The notes under the pieces are model-generated. The model saw nothing but the letters and a program-made list of their open reading frames with translations. It was not told the DNA's origin and ran no database searches. Shown here piece after piece: positions 1-10,166 of a stretch of 64,000 nt of DNA. A program made the translations under genes and the position numbers. The stretch's first letter is position 1. Each line of letters opens with the position of its first letter. Source of the DNA: Parcubacteria bacterium C7867-008 (GTDB lineage: Bacteria; Patescibacteriota; Minisyncoccia; Phycocordibacterales; Phycocordibacteraceae). The stretch covers positions 67,550-131,549 of the forward strand of contig LFCR01000006.1 in NCBI GenBank assembly GCA_001189215.1, written 5' to 3'.

Positions 1-124
1 GTATTCAGACTCTACGGGCCTCAAAATCTAGTTATCGACCCTCAGACTTCCTAAAGAAATTCATAGTCACACGACGACAAATCTCTTGAACAGGAGTGTA
101 GTACCATTAGGACAACAGAGATTC

Positions 125-268
125 ATGAAAAATATTCTTCTCGCCATTTTTATACTTATCGTACTTGGTATATCTGTGGGATATACCTATGAAAAGACTG
201 TTATAAAGGAGGATTTTTCTGTCGTGAATACAGAAGAACCAATGGATATGGATTCTGATGAAATATAA
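125..268 (+). CDS. small single-pass membrane hypothetical protein
   Basis: ATG at 125 within ORF 86..268; hydrophobic N-terminus and acidic tail. Confidence 0.55.
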   Translation: MKNILLAIFILIVLGISVGYTYEKTVIKEDFSVVNTEEPMDMDSDEI

Positions 269-270
269 AT

Positions 271-1929
271 ATGCAGGACATCACCACTAATTTCGCTACG
301 TTTGGCAATAAGCTGTGTTCGGAGGAACTCTCGTGGTTTCTAGGGCTCTTTGATTTCTCCACCGCACCAACCCTCCTGTATTACTCGTATGTACCGATCG
401 TCATCGCGACGTTATTTATTGGTATATTTGTATTCGTAAATAACAAGACTTCCCTCAAGAGTAAATTGATGCTTGCGGTAGCGGTCCTGTTCTCGTTGTG
501 GGTGCTAAATATACTTACGCAGTGGGTTGCCTCATATCACTCTGCTCTCATGTTCGCGTGGCAGATGACTGCACTTATTGAAGTCGCGCTGTATCTCTCT
601 GTTGCATACTTTGCATATGTTTTCTATTTCAGAAAAGATCTTCCATTTACTTGGAAACTAGGATTCAGTGCAATTCTTCTCATGGTTTTAGTAGCGACTC
701 CCACCGAGTTCAACGTGCTTAATTACGACATATATAATTGTCAGGGAAATAACGGTTTGTTGTGGAACATCATTTATGCGCTTGAACCAGCCGTAATTGT
801 ATTTACCGTTTTGCTTGGAATCTTGGCACAAAATAGAGAGAAGGATCATGCATACCGTAAGCAGATTCGTTTGGTTACGGCTGGGTTGGCGGTATTTCTG
901 ACCACATTCTTTCTTTCAAATTATTATGGTGAACTGACCAAGGTATATGAATTCAACTTCTGGGGTCCTCTTGGCATGTTCTTCTTTGTGATGCTTCTCG
1001 GCTACATGATTGTGGAATTGAAAGCATTCAATGTTCAACTACTTGGCGCACAGGCACTGGTGCTTGGAAACATCCTTCTTGTGTTCTCAGAGTTCTTCTT
1101 CATTAAGGATACGATTAATTACATCTTGGTTTCAGGAACGTTGCTTCTTACGATAATATTCGGATTCTTGTTGGTTAAGAGTGTCCAAAGGGAAGTACGT
1201 CAGCGTGAACGTATCGAGTTACTTGCCGTAGATCTTCAAGAAGCAAATAAACAGCAGGTAACCCTTATCCACTTCATCACGCACCAAATTAAAGGCTTCG
1301 TAACTAAGTCACGCAATATTTTCTCAATGGCTCTTGAGGGGGACTTTGGGCCACTTCCCGAACAACTTAAACCAATGATTGAGGAAGGGTTCCGTTCAGA
1401 TACCAAGGGTGTTACCACCATTCAAGAAATCCTCAATGCTGCGAATATCAAGAGCGGTAAGGTGACGTACGCACAAGCGCCTTTCGATCTCAAAGAACTT
1501 GTGGAGGAGATCATCAAAGATCTGAAGCCAGCTGCAGATACAAAGAGCCTTGCACTTAGCTTTGAGACAACAGGCGATTCCTTTACATTCACTGGCGATC
1601 GTCAGCAGATGTATAACGCACTCAAGAATCTCGTTGATAACTCAATCAAGTACACTCCAAGTGGTACGGTATCAGTAGCTCTTGCTAAGGAAACAAATCA
1701 TTTCACCTTCACCATCAAAGACACTGGTATAGGTATCACCCCAGAAGACATGGCACACCTCTTCACAGAAGGTGGTCACGGAAAAGAATCTATAAAGGTG
1801 AACGTTGAATCAACAGGATTCGGTCTATACATCGTGAAGAACATCATTGATGCACACAAAGGAAAGGTATGGGCAGAGTCTGAAGGAGCAGGGAAGGGAT
1901 CGAAGTTCGTTGTTGAGCTTCCTGCGTAG
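271..1929 (+). CDS. multi-TM sensor histidine kinase
   Basis: Many TM helices, H-box FITHQIK, N-box NLVDNSIKYT, DTGIGI and GFGLYIV G-boxes. Confidence 0.92.
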   Translation: MQDITTNFATFGNKLCSEELSWFLGLFDFSTAPTLLYYSYVPIVIATLFIGIFVFVNNKTSLKSKLMLAVAVLFSLWVLNILTQWVASYHSALMFAWQMTALIEVALYLSVAYFAYVFYFRKDLPFTWKLGFSAILLMVLVATPTEFNVLNYDIYNCQGNNGLLWNIIYALEPAVIVFTVLLGILAQNREKDHAYRKQIRLVTAGLAVFLTTFFLSNYYGELTKVYEFNFWGPLGMFFFVMLLGYMIVELKAFNVQLLGAQALVLGNILLVFSEFFFIKDTINYILVSGTLLLTIIFGFLLVKSVQREVRQRERIELLAVDLQEANKQQVTLIHFITHQIKGFVTKSRNIFSMALEGDFGPLPEQLKPMIEEGFRSDTKGVTTIQEILNAANIKSGKVTYAQAPFDLKELVEEIIKDLKPAADTKSLALSFETTGDSFTFTGDRQQMYNALKNLVDNSIKYTPSGTVSVALAKETNHFTFTIKDTGIGITPEDMAHLFTEGGHGKESIKVNVESTGFGLYIVKNIIDAHKGKVWAESEGAGKGSKFVVELPA

Positions 1930-2046
1930 TATTAAAGATCGAGGATAGTAGAAATCTAAATTGGTTATAAAGATTCACCTGAGAATCTAGAGGATGCAAG
2001 ACGTATATACTGCGTCTTTTTCTCTTAATACAGATAGCCTTAGAGT

Positions 2047-2742
2047 ATGGCTAAACCTGAAGAAAAGCAGCGTTCATTTGCATTACGACGAGAAGGTAAA
2101 AGCATTAAGGAGATCGCTGAAATTCTTCACGTAAGTAAAAGTGCTGCTAGTCTCTGGGTGCGCGATATTGAAATGACTCCTGAGCAAAAAGAATCATTAC
2201 GTCAGCGTCAGATCGAAGGAGGGCACATTGGACGCATTCGGGGTTCAGAAGCAAATCACCGTATGCGAATCGAACGAATGGATCTTGCAAAAGAATTGGC
2301 AGTAATAGAAGTACCAACACTTTCTTGCGAGCAACTATTCTTTATTGGTCTTGGTTTGTATTGGGGTGAAGGTACAAAAACAGAATCAAGTAGAAATGTA
2401 TCAATAGCTAATTCTGACCCACGAGTAATACAGCTAATGATTAGATGGTTTATAGAATGTCTCGATGTAGATAAGGAACGACTCCAACCAAAAGTCTTTA
2501 TCAGTGACGTTCACAAAGATAGGGAGGAGAAAATAACTGAATATTGGGAAGAAACTCTCGATATCCCTAGACAGTTCTTTTCCAAGACAATATTCCTTCC
2601 AAAAGGAAAGAAGATTTACGAAAATCACGATATGTATTATGGTGTTCTGGCACTCCGTGTACGCAGAGGTGGGGATATTAGGAACAGAATCCTTGCTACA
2701 ATTTGCCGTATAGCTGAGTTAAGTGCTACCATGCCGGTGTAG
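2047..2742 (+). CDS. HTH + LAGLIDADG-like protein, tRNA-adjacent
   Basis: N-terminal HTH (LRREGKSIKEIAEILHVSKS), GLYWGEG and IANSDP motifs; stop codon lies inside tRNA-Met. Confidence 0.65.
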   Translation: MAKPEEKQRSFALRREGKSIKEIAEILHVSKSAASLWVRDIEMTPEQKESLRQRQIEGGHIGRIRGSEANHRMRIERMDLAKELAVIEVPTLSCEQLFFIGLGLYWGEGTKTESSRNVSIANSDPRVIQLMIRWFIECLDVDKERLQPKVFISDVHKDREEKITEYWEETLDIPRQFFSKTIFLPKGKKIYENHDMYYGVLALRVRRGGDIRNRILATICRIAELSATMPV

Positions 2743-2807
2743 TTCAACGGTTAGAACAAGACACTCATAAAGTCTAGACGATGGTTCAACTCCATCCATC
2801 GGCACCA
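2733..2807 (+). tRNA. tRNA-Met(CAT) (Ile2 not excluded)
   Basis: Acceptor GCCGGTG/CATCGGC, loop CTCATAA, T-arm GATGG-TTCAACT-CCATC, encoded CCA. Confidence 0.85.
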
Positions 2808-2809
2808 AT

Positions 2810-3508
2810 ATGCAGGTAATCATTCTCGCAGCCGGACGTGGCACTCGTATGGGTACCCTCACAGATGAGGTCCCTAAGCCTATGCTCAAGGTGCATGGGA
2901 AGACCCTGCTTGAACATAAGTTCGATATCCTTCCTGCAGACTGTGAAGAGATCATCCTTATTGTCGGATACAAGGCAGAAGTGATTCGTAATGCATACGG
3001 AGATTCATATAAGGGAATTCCAATCCGATACATTGTTCAGGAAACCCTAGACGGTACCGGTGGGGCGGTATGGCTAGCGCGCCCGTTTATCAAAGATAGG
3101 TTTGCAGTACTCATGGGAGACGATATATATGGTACCGATGATCTAGCCAACACTCTTGCTGCAGCAGACTGGGCACTTCTGGTTGAACGTACAGAGAACA
3201 TGGCTGAGGGTGGAATTATGGTGGTTGATGAGAACAACCATGTGTTGGGTATTGAAGAAGGTGATCATCGTGGAAAGGCAGGGGTGATGAACACCAACCT
3301 GTTTGTTCTGGATACTCGGGTATTTGAATTCCCGCCAGTGCCCAAGACTGCAGGTAGTTCTGAATACGGTCTCCCACAGACCGTTGTGGAGGCTTCAAAG
3401 AAGTTCGGTATTCCCGTACATGCCATAGACTCCGCCTCCTGGATCCAGGTAACGGCTCCGGAAGATGTGGTTCGCGCCGAGTCCTTACTGCCCGCTCCCT
3501 TGAACTAG
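2810..3508 (+). CDS. sugar-phosphate nucleotidyltransferase family protein
   Basis: ILAAGRGTRM..PKPML and GTGGA motifs. Confidence 0.88.
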   Translation: MQVIILAAGRGTRMGTLTDEVPKPMLKVHGKTLLEHKFDILPADCEEIILIVGYKAEVIRNAYGDSYKGIPIRYIVQETLDGTGGAVWLARPFIKDRFAVLMGDDIYGTDDLANTLAAADWALLVERTENMAEGGIMVVDENNHVLGIEEGDHRGKAGVMNTNLFVLDTRVFEFPPVPKTAGSSEYGLPQTVVEASKKFGIPVHAIDSASWIQVTAPEDVVRAESLLPAPLN

Positions 3509-3578
3509 CAGGGAAAACAGGCTATATTCGATGAGTTCGCAGTGCCTCAGGCGTGCGCGGTCTGAGGCGCAATATACT

Positions 3579-3652
3579 GCGGTCGTAGCTCAACTGGTTA
3601 GAGCACCCGCCTGTCACGCGGGAGGTTGCGAGTTCAAGTCTCGTCGACCGCG
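3579..3652 (+). tRNA. tRNA-Asp(GTC)
   Basis: Acceptor GCGGTCG/CGACCGC, anticodon arm CCCGC-CTGTCAC-GCGGG; no encoded CCA. Confidence 0.95.
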
Positions 3653-3666
3653 CAACGTTCAGAAGT

Positions 3667-3700
3667 CTAGAAAGACCGCCCATGTTGGCGGTCTTTCTAG
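3667..3700. terminator. intrinsic terminator after tRNA-Asp
   Basis: Inverted repeat CTAGAAAGACCGCC / GGCGGTCTTTCTAG. Confidence 0.75.
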
Positions 3701-3728
3701 TTGCAATACAGTGCTAGAATTCCCACAT

Positions 3729-5474
3729 ATGCAGACTGTCGAAATGAAAGAGAGGATAGGGACCTCTTTCGGACCATCATACGCCGTGCTCAATCTATCG
3801 AAGGTAGGATTACGGTATTTCCGCTTTATGATCAAGTCTTCGCCAAAATCTCGATCAAGACTTCTTAAAGTATTCGCTGATCATCCAAATATAGGTTGGA
3901 TATTTTCTGCAACTGGCTGGTTCAATCTGGCAGTGGGAGTTTGGGCAAAAGACAACGCTGAGATTAATGATATCAGCACCTCCATTCGTTCGGTTCTAGG
4001 GAAGGATGACAAGATCGTATACCAATCAGAACTTACCAGTCTATATGGATTTGGAGACAGGCTCATAGGCAAAGACTTTTCACCAATGCCAATTATTGAT
4101 GCGGTATACAGTCCTATAGAACTCACACCTATTGAATTGGATTATATAAAACTCCTGACACTCGATAGCACACAAGACTCGAATGAACTTTCAGAAGTTC
4201 TGGGTATTCCATCTAATGAAGTAGATATACTTACGCAGTCTCTTACCGAGAAGGGAATCATTGTGGGGTATCAAGAGCGTATAAATTACACAGGTATCTA
4301 TTACAAAGTTTTTATAGATACGTTAAGCAAAAAGAATTCCCACGCTGTAGATGTGCTACTGGAAAAGCTTTGGACAGATCCGAAATGTATATATGTAGAG
4401 CGTGCGAATGGTAAATATGATCTAGAGTTCGAACTTATTCTTGCTCGTAAGGGTGATCTTAAGCCGTACCTAAAAGATTTTGGAGAGTATAAAACTGCTA
4501 TCCTAACCGAAAACCTATACACCAATCTCTACCCTCTAAATAAGACTGCCAACTTGCGAGCTATTCAAGAAGCATTGGTAGGGCAGGACGGGCCAGTCAT
4601 TGATTTCCGTAACTCAAAACTATGGTATCTGAACCACCATGGTGCAGACGCGTATCTAAGCATTTATGAGAACCGTGCATACTTTGAGACGATGGAGAAG
4701 AGTGAACTCGATTTGTTCGATGAAGTTGCCTCATACATTCGCACTGGACATGACGATATCAAATACAGCGTAATGGATATTGGTAGTGGCGACGGTCTCA
4801 AGGGAAGGGTATTTATTGAACGACTCGGTGAGAAGGACGTGAAAGGCTATTATCCAATTGATATTCAGCCTATTGAACTTGCGGTGGCACTTCGTACTCA
4901 CCAGGAAGGAGCGTACGCTAAGCATCCTACACTCCTTGATATTGAAAATTTGCCGGCACGTTTTCCGTTAACGCTACTTCCTTCTGAAGAACAGGTGTAC
5001 GTTTTCTTTGGCGGAACGTACGGCAATTTTAAAAGTGCAGAAATAAATCAATACTTAAAACCAATCGTGCAGCCGGGCATAGAGATGCTTATCTCGATGC
5101 CGATCATAACTGAAGGTAAGACGGAAGAAGAGATCATTGCTTCATATACAGGAACAAAATTCCAGGATATGACATTCGGACCACTTGCGCAGATTGGATT
5201 CAAATTAGAAGACTTTGAAACAAGTACGCTACAAGATGATCTACATGTATATATTGCAATGGAGGATCAGCGACTCGTGTCCTCATATATTCTGAAAGAA
5301 GACGTTGTAGTACTTGGACGAACCTTCGATAAAGGGACCACGTTTAAGATGACCTCATCTTGGAAACCTACTCTAGATCAGGTCATCGACGCACTCGCTC
5401 AAGACTTTGACGTTAAGAAGACGTTCCACAATAAGGACATGTCCATTTCATTGGTGTGTGCAAAGACCACCTAA
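3729..5474 (+). CDS. Lrp/AsnC-like regulator fused to EgtD-like SAM methyltransferase
   Basis: Two AsnC-like modules (ATGWFNL, ANGKYDL, HTH..EKGII); C-terminal SKLWY, DIGSGDG, YYPIDI, FFGGTYGNF; start moved to the ATG after the tRNA. Confidence 0.7.
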   Translation: MQTVEMKERIGTSFGPSYAVLNLSKVGLRYFRFMIKSSPKSRSRLLKVFADHPNIGWIFSATGWFNLAVGVWAKDNAEINDISTSIRSVLGKDDKIVYQSELTSLYGFGDRLIGKDFSPMPIIDAVYSPIELTPIELDYIKLLTLDSTQDSNELSEVLGIPSNEVDILTQSLTEKGIIVGYQERINYTGIYYKVFIDTLSKKNSHAVDVLLEKLWTDPKCIYVERANGKYDLEFELILARKGDLKPYLKDFGEYKTAILTENLYTNLYPLNKTANLRAIQEALVGQDGPVIDFRNSKLWYLNHHGADAYLSIYENRAYFETMEKSELDLFDEVASYIRTGHDDIKYSVMDIGSGDGLKGRVFIERLGEKDVKGYYPIDIQPIELAVALRTHQEGAYAKHPTLLDIENLPARFPLTLLPSEEQVYVFFGGTYGNFKSAEINQYLKPIVQPGIEMLISMPIITEGKTEEEIIASYTGTKFQDMTFGPLAQIGFKLEDFETSTLQDDLHVYIAMEDQRLVSSYILKEDVVVLGRTFDKGTTFKMTSSWKPTLDQVIDALAQDFDVKKTFHNKDMSISLVCAKTT

Positions 5475-5486
5475 TACTATTGATGT

Positions 5487-5642
5487 ATGAAACTAAAATA
5501 TTCTTCCCACGACTCTGGAATAATGGTTGGAGCTACGGGTTGGTTCTGGATCCTCATACTATTAATTTTTGTTATTAGTTTCGGCTTTAACTGGATCGTT
5601 GAAGAACATCCAGAGTTTTTTCAGTATCTACATATTATTTAA
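5487..5642 (+). CDS. 51-aa membrane peptide
   Basis: Read manually: MKLKYSSHDSGIMVGATGWFWILILLIFVISFGFNW...; fills the intergenic gap. Confidence 0.45.
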   Translation: MKLKYSSHDSGIMVGATGWFWILILLIFVISFGFNWIVEEHPEFFQYLHII

Positions 5643-5733
5643 AAAAGTTCCGCAATCCTAATTAAGAGATTGTTTATAGCTTGTTAGCGACAACACCCTA
5701 GACATCTTGTCTGGGGTGTTCTACGTTCATAGT

Positions 5734-6279
5734 ATGAGAAACCCGCAAAACATACTGGTAGCTGTAATCATTATTCTCCTAATCGTAATCATCGGTGGCG
5801 GATATTACATTATTGCTAGTAATCCAATTGCAACCATACCCTCGCCAACAAGTACCTCCACTACTCAAGAGATACAGAAAAGCGATACAAGCGGAAAATC
5901 AGCACAACCTTCTGTATCTCACGTCGATTGGACGGCTCCTGGGTATATTGGAACGCTCGTGACGATTGACAATGATTCGCTTCAGTCCGCATCTCCAAAC
6001 CCAACCATTAGTGGTACTGCACAGGGCTTCGGCTCACTTAATATTGGCGTCATATCAAATGACAGAAGTGGATCAGCCGTATTTAACGTAAAACCGATTC
6101 CGGTGGTAAATGGAAAATGGTCCATCCAGCTTGTTCGAAGTACGTTCGGTGGTTCAGGAAATGTGTTTAATGATACGGGAACCGTGCCGGATGGTAGCTA
6201 CAACATACAGATATCTCCTGGACCAACCTATGTGGCGAATTCTCTGATAAACGCCACCATGATTGTTGATGCGAACTAA
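5734..6279 (+). CDS. membrane-anchored hypothetical protein, Ig-like C-terminus
   Basis: N-terminal TM, S/T linker, NPTISGTA..GKWSI beta-rich domain. Confidence 0.7.
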   Translation: MRNPQNILVAVIIILLIVIIGGGYYIIASNPIATIPSPTSTSTTQEIQKSDTSGKSAQPSVSHVDWTAPGYIGTLVTIDNDSLQSASPNPTISGTAQGFGSLNIGVISNDRSGSAVFNVKPIPVVNGKWSIQLVRSTFGGSGNVFNDTGTVPDGSYNIQISPGPTYVANSLINATMIVDAN

Positions 6280-6306
6280 GATCAGAGAAAGGTTTAGCAA
6301 CACCGT

Positions 6307-6612
6307 ATGAGCTTCGAATCATTCAATCTGGTTGAAGCAGGCTTTTGGGTTGCGTGTGCTGTACTCACACGTACCGCTATCGGTAAGGTAAAGAACATTG
6401 GGCCGTTCTTCTGGAAGTTGCTCAGCATCAATTTCTTTCTATTTGGACTCTCTGATCTTGCAGAGCTTATGTACGGAGAGAGCTTCCTGCTTCCTGGAGG
6501 GGAATGGCTCTATCTTTGGAAAACACTGTGTGTCTTAGGATTTGTAGCACTTACTGCGTATTATCTCTGGGTACGTATATTTAGTGGTACCGTTACTAAA
6601 GCCAGATACTAA
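6307..6612 (+). CDS. small membrane protein
   Basis: Three hydrophobic segments, FGLSD motif. Confidence 0.7.
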   Translation: MSFESFNLVEAGFWVACAVLTRTAIGKVKNIGPFFWKLLSINFFLFGLSDLAELMYGESFLLPGGEWLYLWKTLCVLGFVALTAYYLWVRIFSGTVTKARY

Positions 6613-6623
6613 GCATCCTACCC

Positions 6624-7250
6624 ATGACTCCACATTCATCTATTTCCCTATATAAGCTAGTGTTAGTAGTTTTTATTGTCTCAGTGGTAACCATTCCGCA
6701 AATGGCTCTAGCAGCTACTGTTGACCTTAAGGTGAATGACTCAGATTCCGCGTTGAGTTATTCAGGAAAAAAGAAACTCAATCTTTCTTGGGTCGGCACA
6801 GGAGTGCAGAATTGTGACATTTATGTGGGTAGGGGCACCTCTTTTAAAGTTAAGAGTACAGGCACCAAGAAGCTCAAGGTTTCTTCTGATGCGCCGTATG
6901 TAAGCTTCAACTGTAACGATGCTGCGACAGGCAAAGCTATAAGTGATTACGTGTATATAACAGATCCAAAAGGAACGAGTGGATTCTCTGTCACCACCAA
7001 TGATACGCATACGGTTACTGCCTATGCCACTGGCAAACGAACCACTCCAGTATGTGTAGGGGAGTACTTTGGAACCATTAAGTGGGGAGACAGAAGTAGT
7101 AATCCTGTTGGTCCAGAACTTAAGAATCAGCAGTGCGGTACCGATGTTACCGATATGCAAACACACTGGTATCAAAAAGCTGGCAAGTATACAGTTACGT
7201 TTACTGACTGGGCAGGACGTACACACAAAGAGAAAGTCACAATTCCCTAG
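6624..7250 (+). CDS. secreted protein with PKD-like C-terminal domain
   Basis: Signal peptide; IKWGD...HWYQKAGKYTVT. Confidence 0.7.
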   Translation: MTPHSSISLYKLVLVVFIVSVVTIPQMALAATVDLKVNDSDSALSYSGKKKLNLSWVGTGVQNCDIYVGRGTSFKVKSTGTKKLKVSSDAPYVSFNCNDAATGKAISDYVYITDPKGTSGFSVTTNDTHTVTAYATGKRTTPVCVGEYFGTIKWGDRSSNPVGPELKNQQCGTDVTDMQTHWYQKAGKYTVTFTDWAGRTHKEKVTIP

Positions 7251-7292
7251 ACTTAGGGAATTGTCCTCGAGAGCCATGCTAGCTTTAATGGC

Positions 7293-9074
7293 ATGAGACA
7301 TCGTCTTGGCTTCATTGCGGTACTGGCAATCATGCTTGCTGCTGCACTCCCAGCTTCAGCACAATATGACGGATATGAAGTAATAACGTCATACGCCTCT
7401 ACTATGACCGTGCGGACAGACGGAACGGTAGCCGTTGCGGAAGATATCGCATACAGCTTTGGTACTCAAGAACGACACGGCATATACAGAGATATTCCAC
7501 AGAAACGAGTACCAGGAGGCGCACTACCCATTGAAATAGCAGATGTACAGGTTACGGATGAACAAGGGAAGCCGTATACCTTCACTCAAGAGCATGAAGG
7601 AGACAATATACGTATTCGTATAGGTGATCCTGATATCTTGATCCGGGGAGTACATACCTATCACATTGAATATATTGCACACAATGCTATTGGTCACTTT
7701 GATGATCGTGATGAGTTGTACTGGAATGCCGTAGGTACCGGATGGGCTGTACCGGTACTTAATGCGGTTTCTACGGTGGTTATTCCAGGAAGCTTTGTGG
7801 AAGGTCAGTTGTACACGGCCTCCTATTGTGGATACGAGGGTAGCAATGATCCTTGTTCGGAGCCACCATACTCATACGATCCATCTAGTAATCAGACGGT
7901 CTTTACCTTTGCACGCGACGAGCTCGGGCCGTATCAAGGAATGACCATTGCTACCGGCTTTCCTTTAGGAATAGTCACACTCCCCACAACAAAAGACATC
8001 ATTTATTATTATGTCCTGCACTACTGGTATGTGCCTCTTATTGGCATACCAGCAACCATTTTTGTTCTGTGGTTCTTCTGGGAAATAATTATCAAAATCA
8101 TAGCGCTAATAAAGCTTCTCACTAGAGAATTAATTGCTTCTATCAAGGAGAGTTTTGCGATACAACAATATGATAGAACGCACGTTGTGGTAGCTGAGTA
8201 TGATGCAGGCGATATAACTCCTTTGGAATCAGGTTTGCTCAGTAAGGGTATTGTGGCTGATAGCTATCTTTCTGCTGAGCTCATTTGGCTTGCGATACAA
8301 GGGTATATTCGAATTGAATATAACGATGGAGACTATCGATTCGCGCGTACTCAAAAGACATCAGACGGATTGTCCTTATACAACAGCATTTTACTTGCAG
8401 GTATAGCAGACCGTACAACATCTTCGTTGAAAGATGAATTCTATACAACAGCAAAACGAGCTAAGGAACTGGTCACCGAGTCTCTCGTAGAGCGCAGGTA
8501 TATGGAAACGGTTGTTGATATGTCACAGATGCTGCGAAGCAGCTTCCAACATATCGTGATTATCATTGTGGTGGCTGCCGTCTTGTTACTAGTTGCAAAC
8601 ATATTCGGTGCAATCTTGGGAATCATTATTATGGTTGCATTGGATTTAATCCACTTTGGACTTCCGCACCTTACTCAAATGGGTATCGAACTACGAAGAC
8701 GCCTTCAGGGACTCAAACTATATATTTCAGTTGCTGAAGTAGAACGAATCAAATTCCATAATGCACCTGCAAAGTCTCCTGAACTCTTTGAGAAATTACT
8801 CCCATACGCCATGGTCTTTGGTCTTGAGAAAGAATGGGCAGCACAGTTCGAAGGTATCTATACACAACCACCAGCATGGTACACAGGAGACAATCGCATG
8901 GATGCATTCTCAGTGGGATTATTTACCTCACATATACAGAGTCTCTCTTCAGAGACCGCACAGGCACTAACCTCACAACCAGCACCTTCAGGTAGTTCAG
9001 GAAGCTTCAGCGGTTCATCAGGTGGCGGTTTCTCCGGAGGCGGAGGCGGCGGTGGTGGAGGGGGAAGTTGGTAG
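7293..9074 (+). CDS. DUF2207 family membrane protein
   Basis: RHGIYRDIP, DELYWN, LPYAMVFG and GGGGGGGSW terminus. Confidence 0.9.
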   Translation: MRHRLGFIAVLAIMLAAALPASAQYDGYEVITSYASTMTVRTDGTVAVAEDIAYSFGTQERHGIYRDIPQKRVPGGALPIEIADVQVTDEQGKPYTFTQEHEGDNIRIRIGDPDILIRGVHTYHIEYIAHNAIGHFDDRDELYWNAVGTGWAVPVLNAVSTVVIPGSFVEGQLYTASYCGYEGSNDPCSEPPYSYDPSSNQTVFTFARDELGPYQGMTIATGFPLGIVTLPTTKDIIYYYVLHYWYVPLIGIPATIFVLWFFWEIIIKIIALIKLLTRELIASIKESFAIQQYDRTHVVVAEYDAGDITPLESGLLSKGIVADSYLSAELIWLAIQGYIRIEYNDGDYRFARTQKTSDGLSLYNSILLAGIADRTTSSLKDEFYTTAKRAKELVTESLVERRYMETVVDMSQMLRSSFQHIVIIIVVAAVLLLVANIFGAILGIIIMVALDLIHFGLPHLTQMGIELRRRLQGLKLYISVAEVERIKFHNAPAKSPELFEKLLPYAMVFGLEKEWAAQFEGIYTQPPAWYTGDNRMDAFSVGLFTSHIQSLSSETAQALTSQPAPSGSSGSFSGSSGGGFSGGGGGGGGGGSW

Positions 9075-9082
9075 GTATTTGT

Positions 9083-9682
9083 ATGGAACTCACTGCACTC
9101 GAGCAAGAGGTACTTGAACAATACGAAGCATCGTTATTTGTTCCTCCTCAACCTACACGTAAGCAATTTATCCTGTGTCCGGTTGGAATCGTTGGGGCAG
9201 GAAAGACTACGGTGTTAAAACCGCTTGCAGAGAAACTCGCTCTCGTACGTATTTCAGGTGACGATATTCGTTTCCTTTTAAAACAACGAGGCCTCTCATA
9301 CGATGGAGTAGTATCGATTGGTGCTGCGATAAGTAAGAAGTACCTGTCGGAAGGGTATAGTCTTGCGCTCGATAGTGATGCTGCAAGTCCACGTAGTAAG
9401 GAGGTGATTGAGGACGCTCAGGAAGAATTTGGTGTTATCCCAATTTGGGTACACATTAACCCTCCAGAGGACTTCATTCTCAATAAGCTCCGCACATACA
9501 AACACACCTGGCTGTTTAAGGATGCAGATCAGGCAGTTCAAAACTATATGAATCGAAAGGAACTACATGAGAATCTTGAAGAATATCCCTTTGTATATAC
9601 ATTCGACACCTCCAAAACAGACCTAGCCACCCAGATTGCAGAGGCGGTAGCGATCATTGAACCCTTGACCGTACTTGAATAA
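9083..9682 (+). CDS. P-loop kinase / AAA_33-like protein
   Basis: Walker A GIVGAGKTT, ISGDDIR. Confidence 0.8.
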   Translation: MELTALEQEVLEQYEASLFVPPQPTRKQFILCPVGIVGAGKTTVLKPLAEKLALVRISGDDIRFLLKQRGLSYDGVVSIGAAISKKYLSEGYSLALDSDAASPRSKEVIEDAQEEFGVIPIWVHINPPEDFILNKLRTYKHTWLFKDADQAVQNYMNRKELHENLEEYPFVYTFDTSKTDLATQIAEAVAIIEPLTVLE

Positions 9683-9738
9683 ATCAAGGTATATGCATGC
9701 TAGAATTCCTTCATGAAGAAAGGAATTCTTCGTTATCT

Positions 9739-10128
9739 ATGAAAAATATTATCTCAACCTATCTAGTATCTCTGAAGAAATATGCAGATTTTATGGGTCG
9801 TGCCACCCGTACTGAATATTGGACATTTACGATTGCGAACTGGGCAATCATACTTCTTCTATTAGTACCGTACGCTCTGCTTGGTGAGGATTCAGTATTC
9901 GCGATACTTTGTGGAGCTGTTGATGGCATATTCATCTTCGGTACTGCGATCCCTAATCTTGCTGCTGCGATACGTCGTCTCCATGACACTGGAAAGAGTG
10001 GATGGTGGTTTCTTATACAGTTTGTTCCCTATATAGGTACTCTTGTGCTCATCTACTTCCTTGTTGGACGAACAAAAGTAGAGCCGGTGCCAACACCTCC
10101 TGCTGCCTCGGTACCTCCGGTAGTGTAA
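9739..10128 (+). CDS. DUF805 membrane protein
   Basis: GRATRTEYW, RRLHDTGKSGWW. Confidence 0.92.
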   Translation: MKNIISTYLVSLKKYADFMGRATRTEYWTFTIANWAIILLLLVPYALLGEDSVFAILCGAVDGIFIFGTAIPNLAAAIRRLHDTGKSGWWFLIQFVPYIGTLVLIYFLVGRTKVEPVPTPPAASVPPVV

Positions 10129-10166
10129 TCAGAGTGCTATCCTTACAACATACGTAATCTAATCTT

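Noticed and set aside
1-54. 3' end of an upstream CDS (..VFRLYGPQNLVIDPQTS*)
   Set aside because: Too short to assign a frame or product with confidence.
3531-3728. N-terminal extension of ORF 3531..5474
   Set aside because: Overlaps tRNA-Asp and its terminator; ATG 3729 follows a -10-like TAGAAT.
8985-9074. G-rich low-complexity repeat
   Set aside because: Encodes the normal Gly/Ser tail of DUF2207 proteins.
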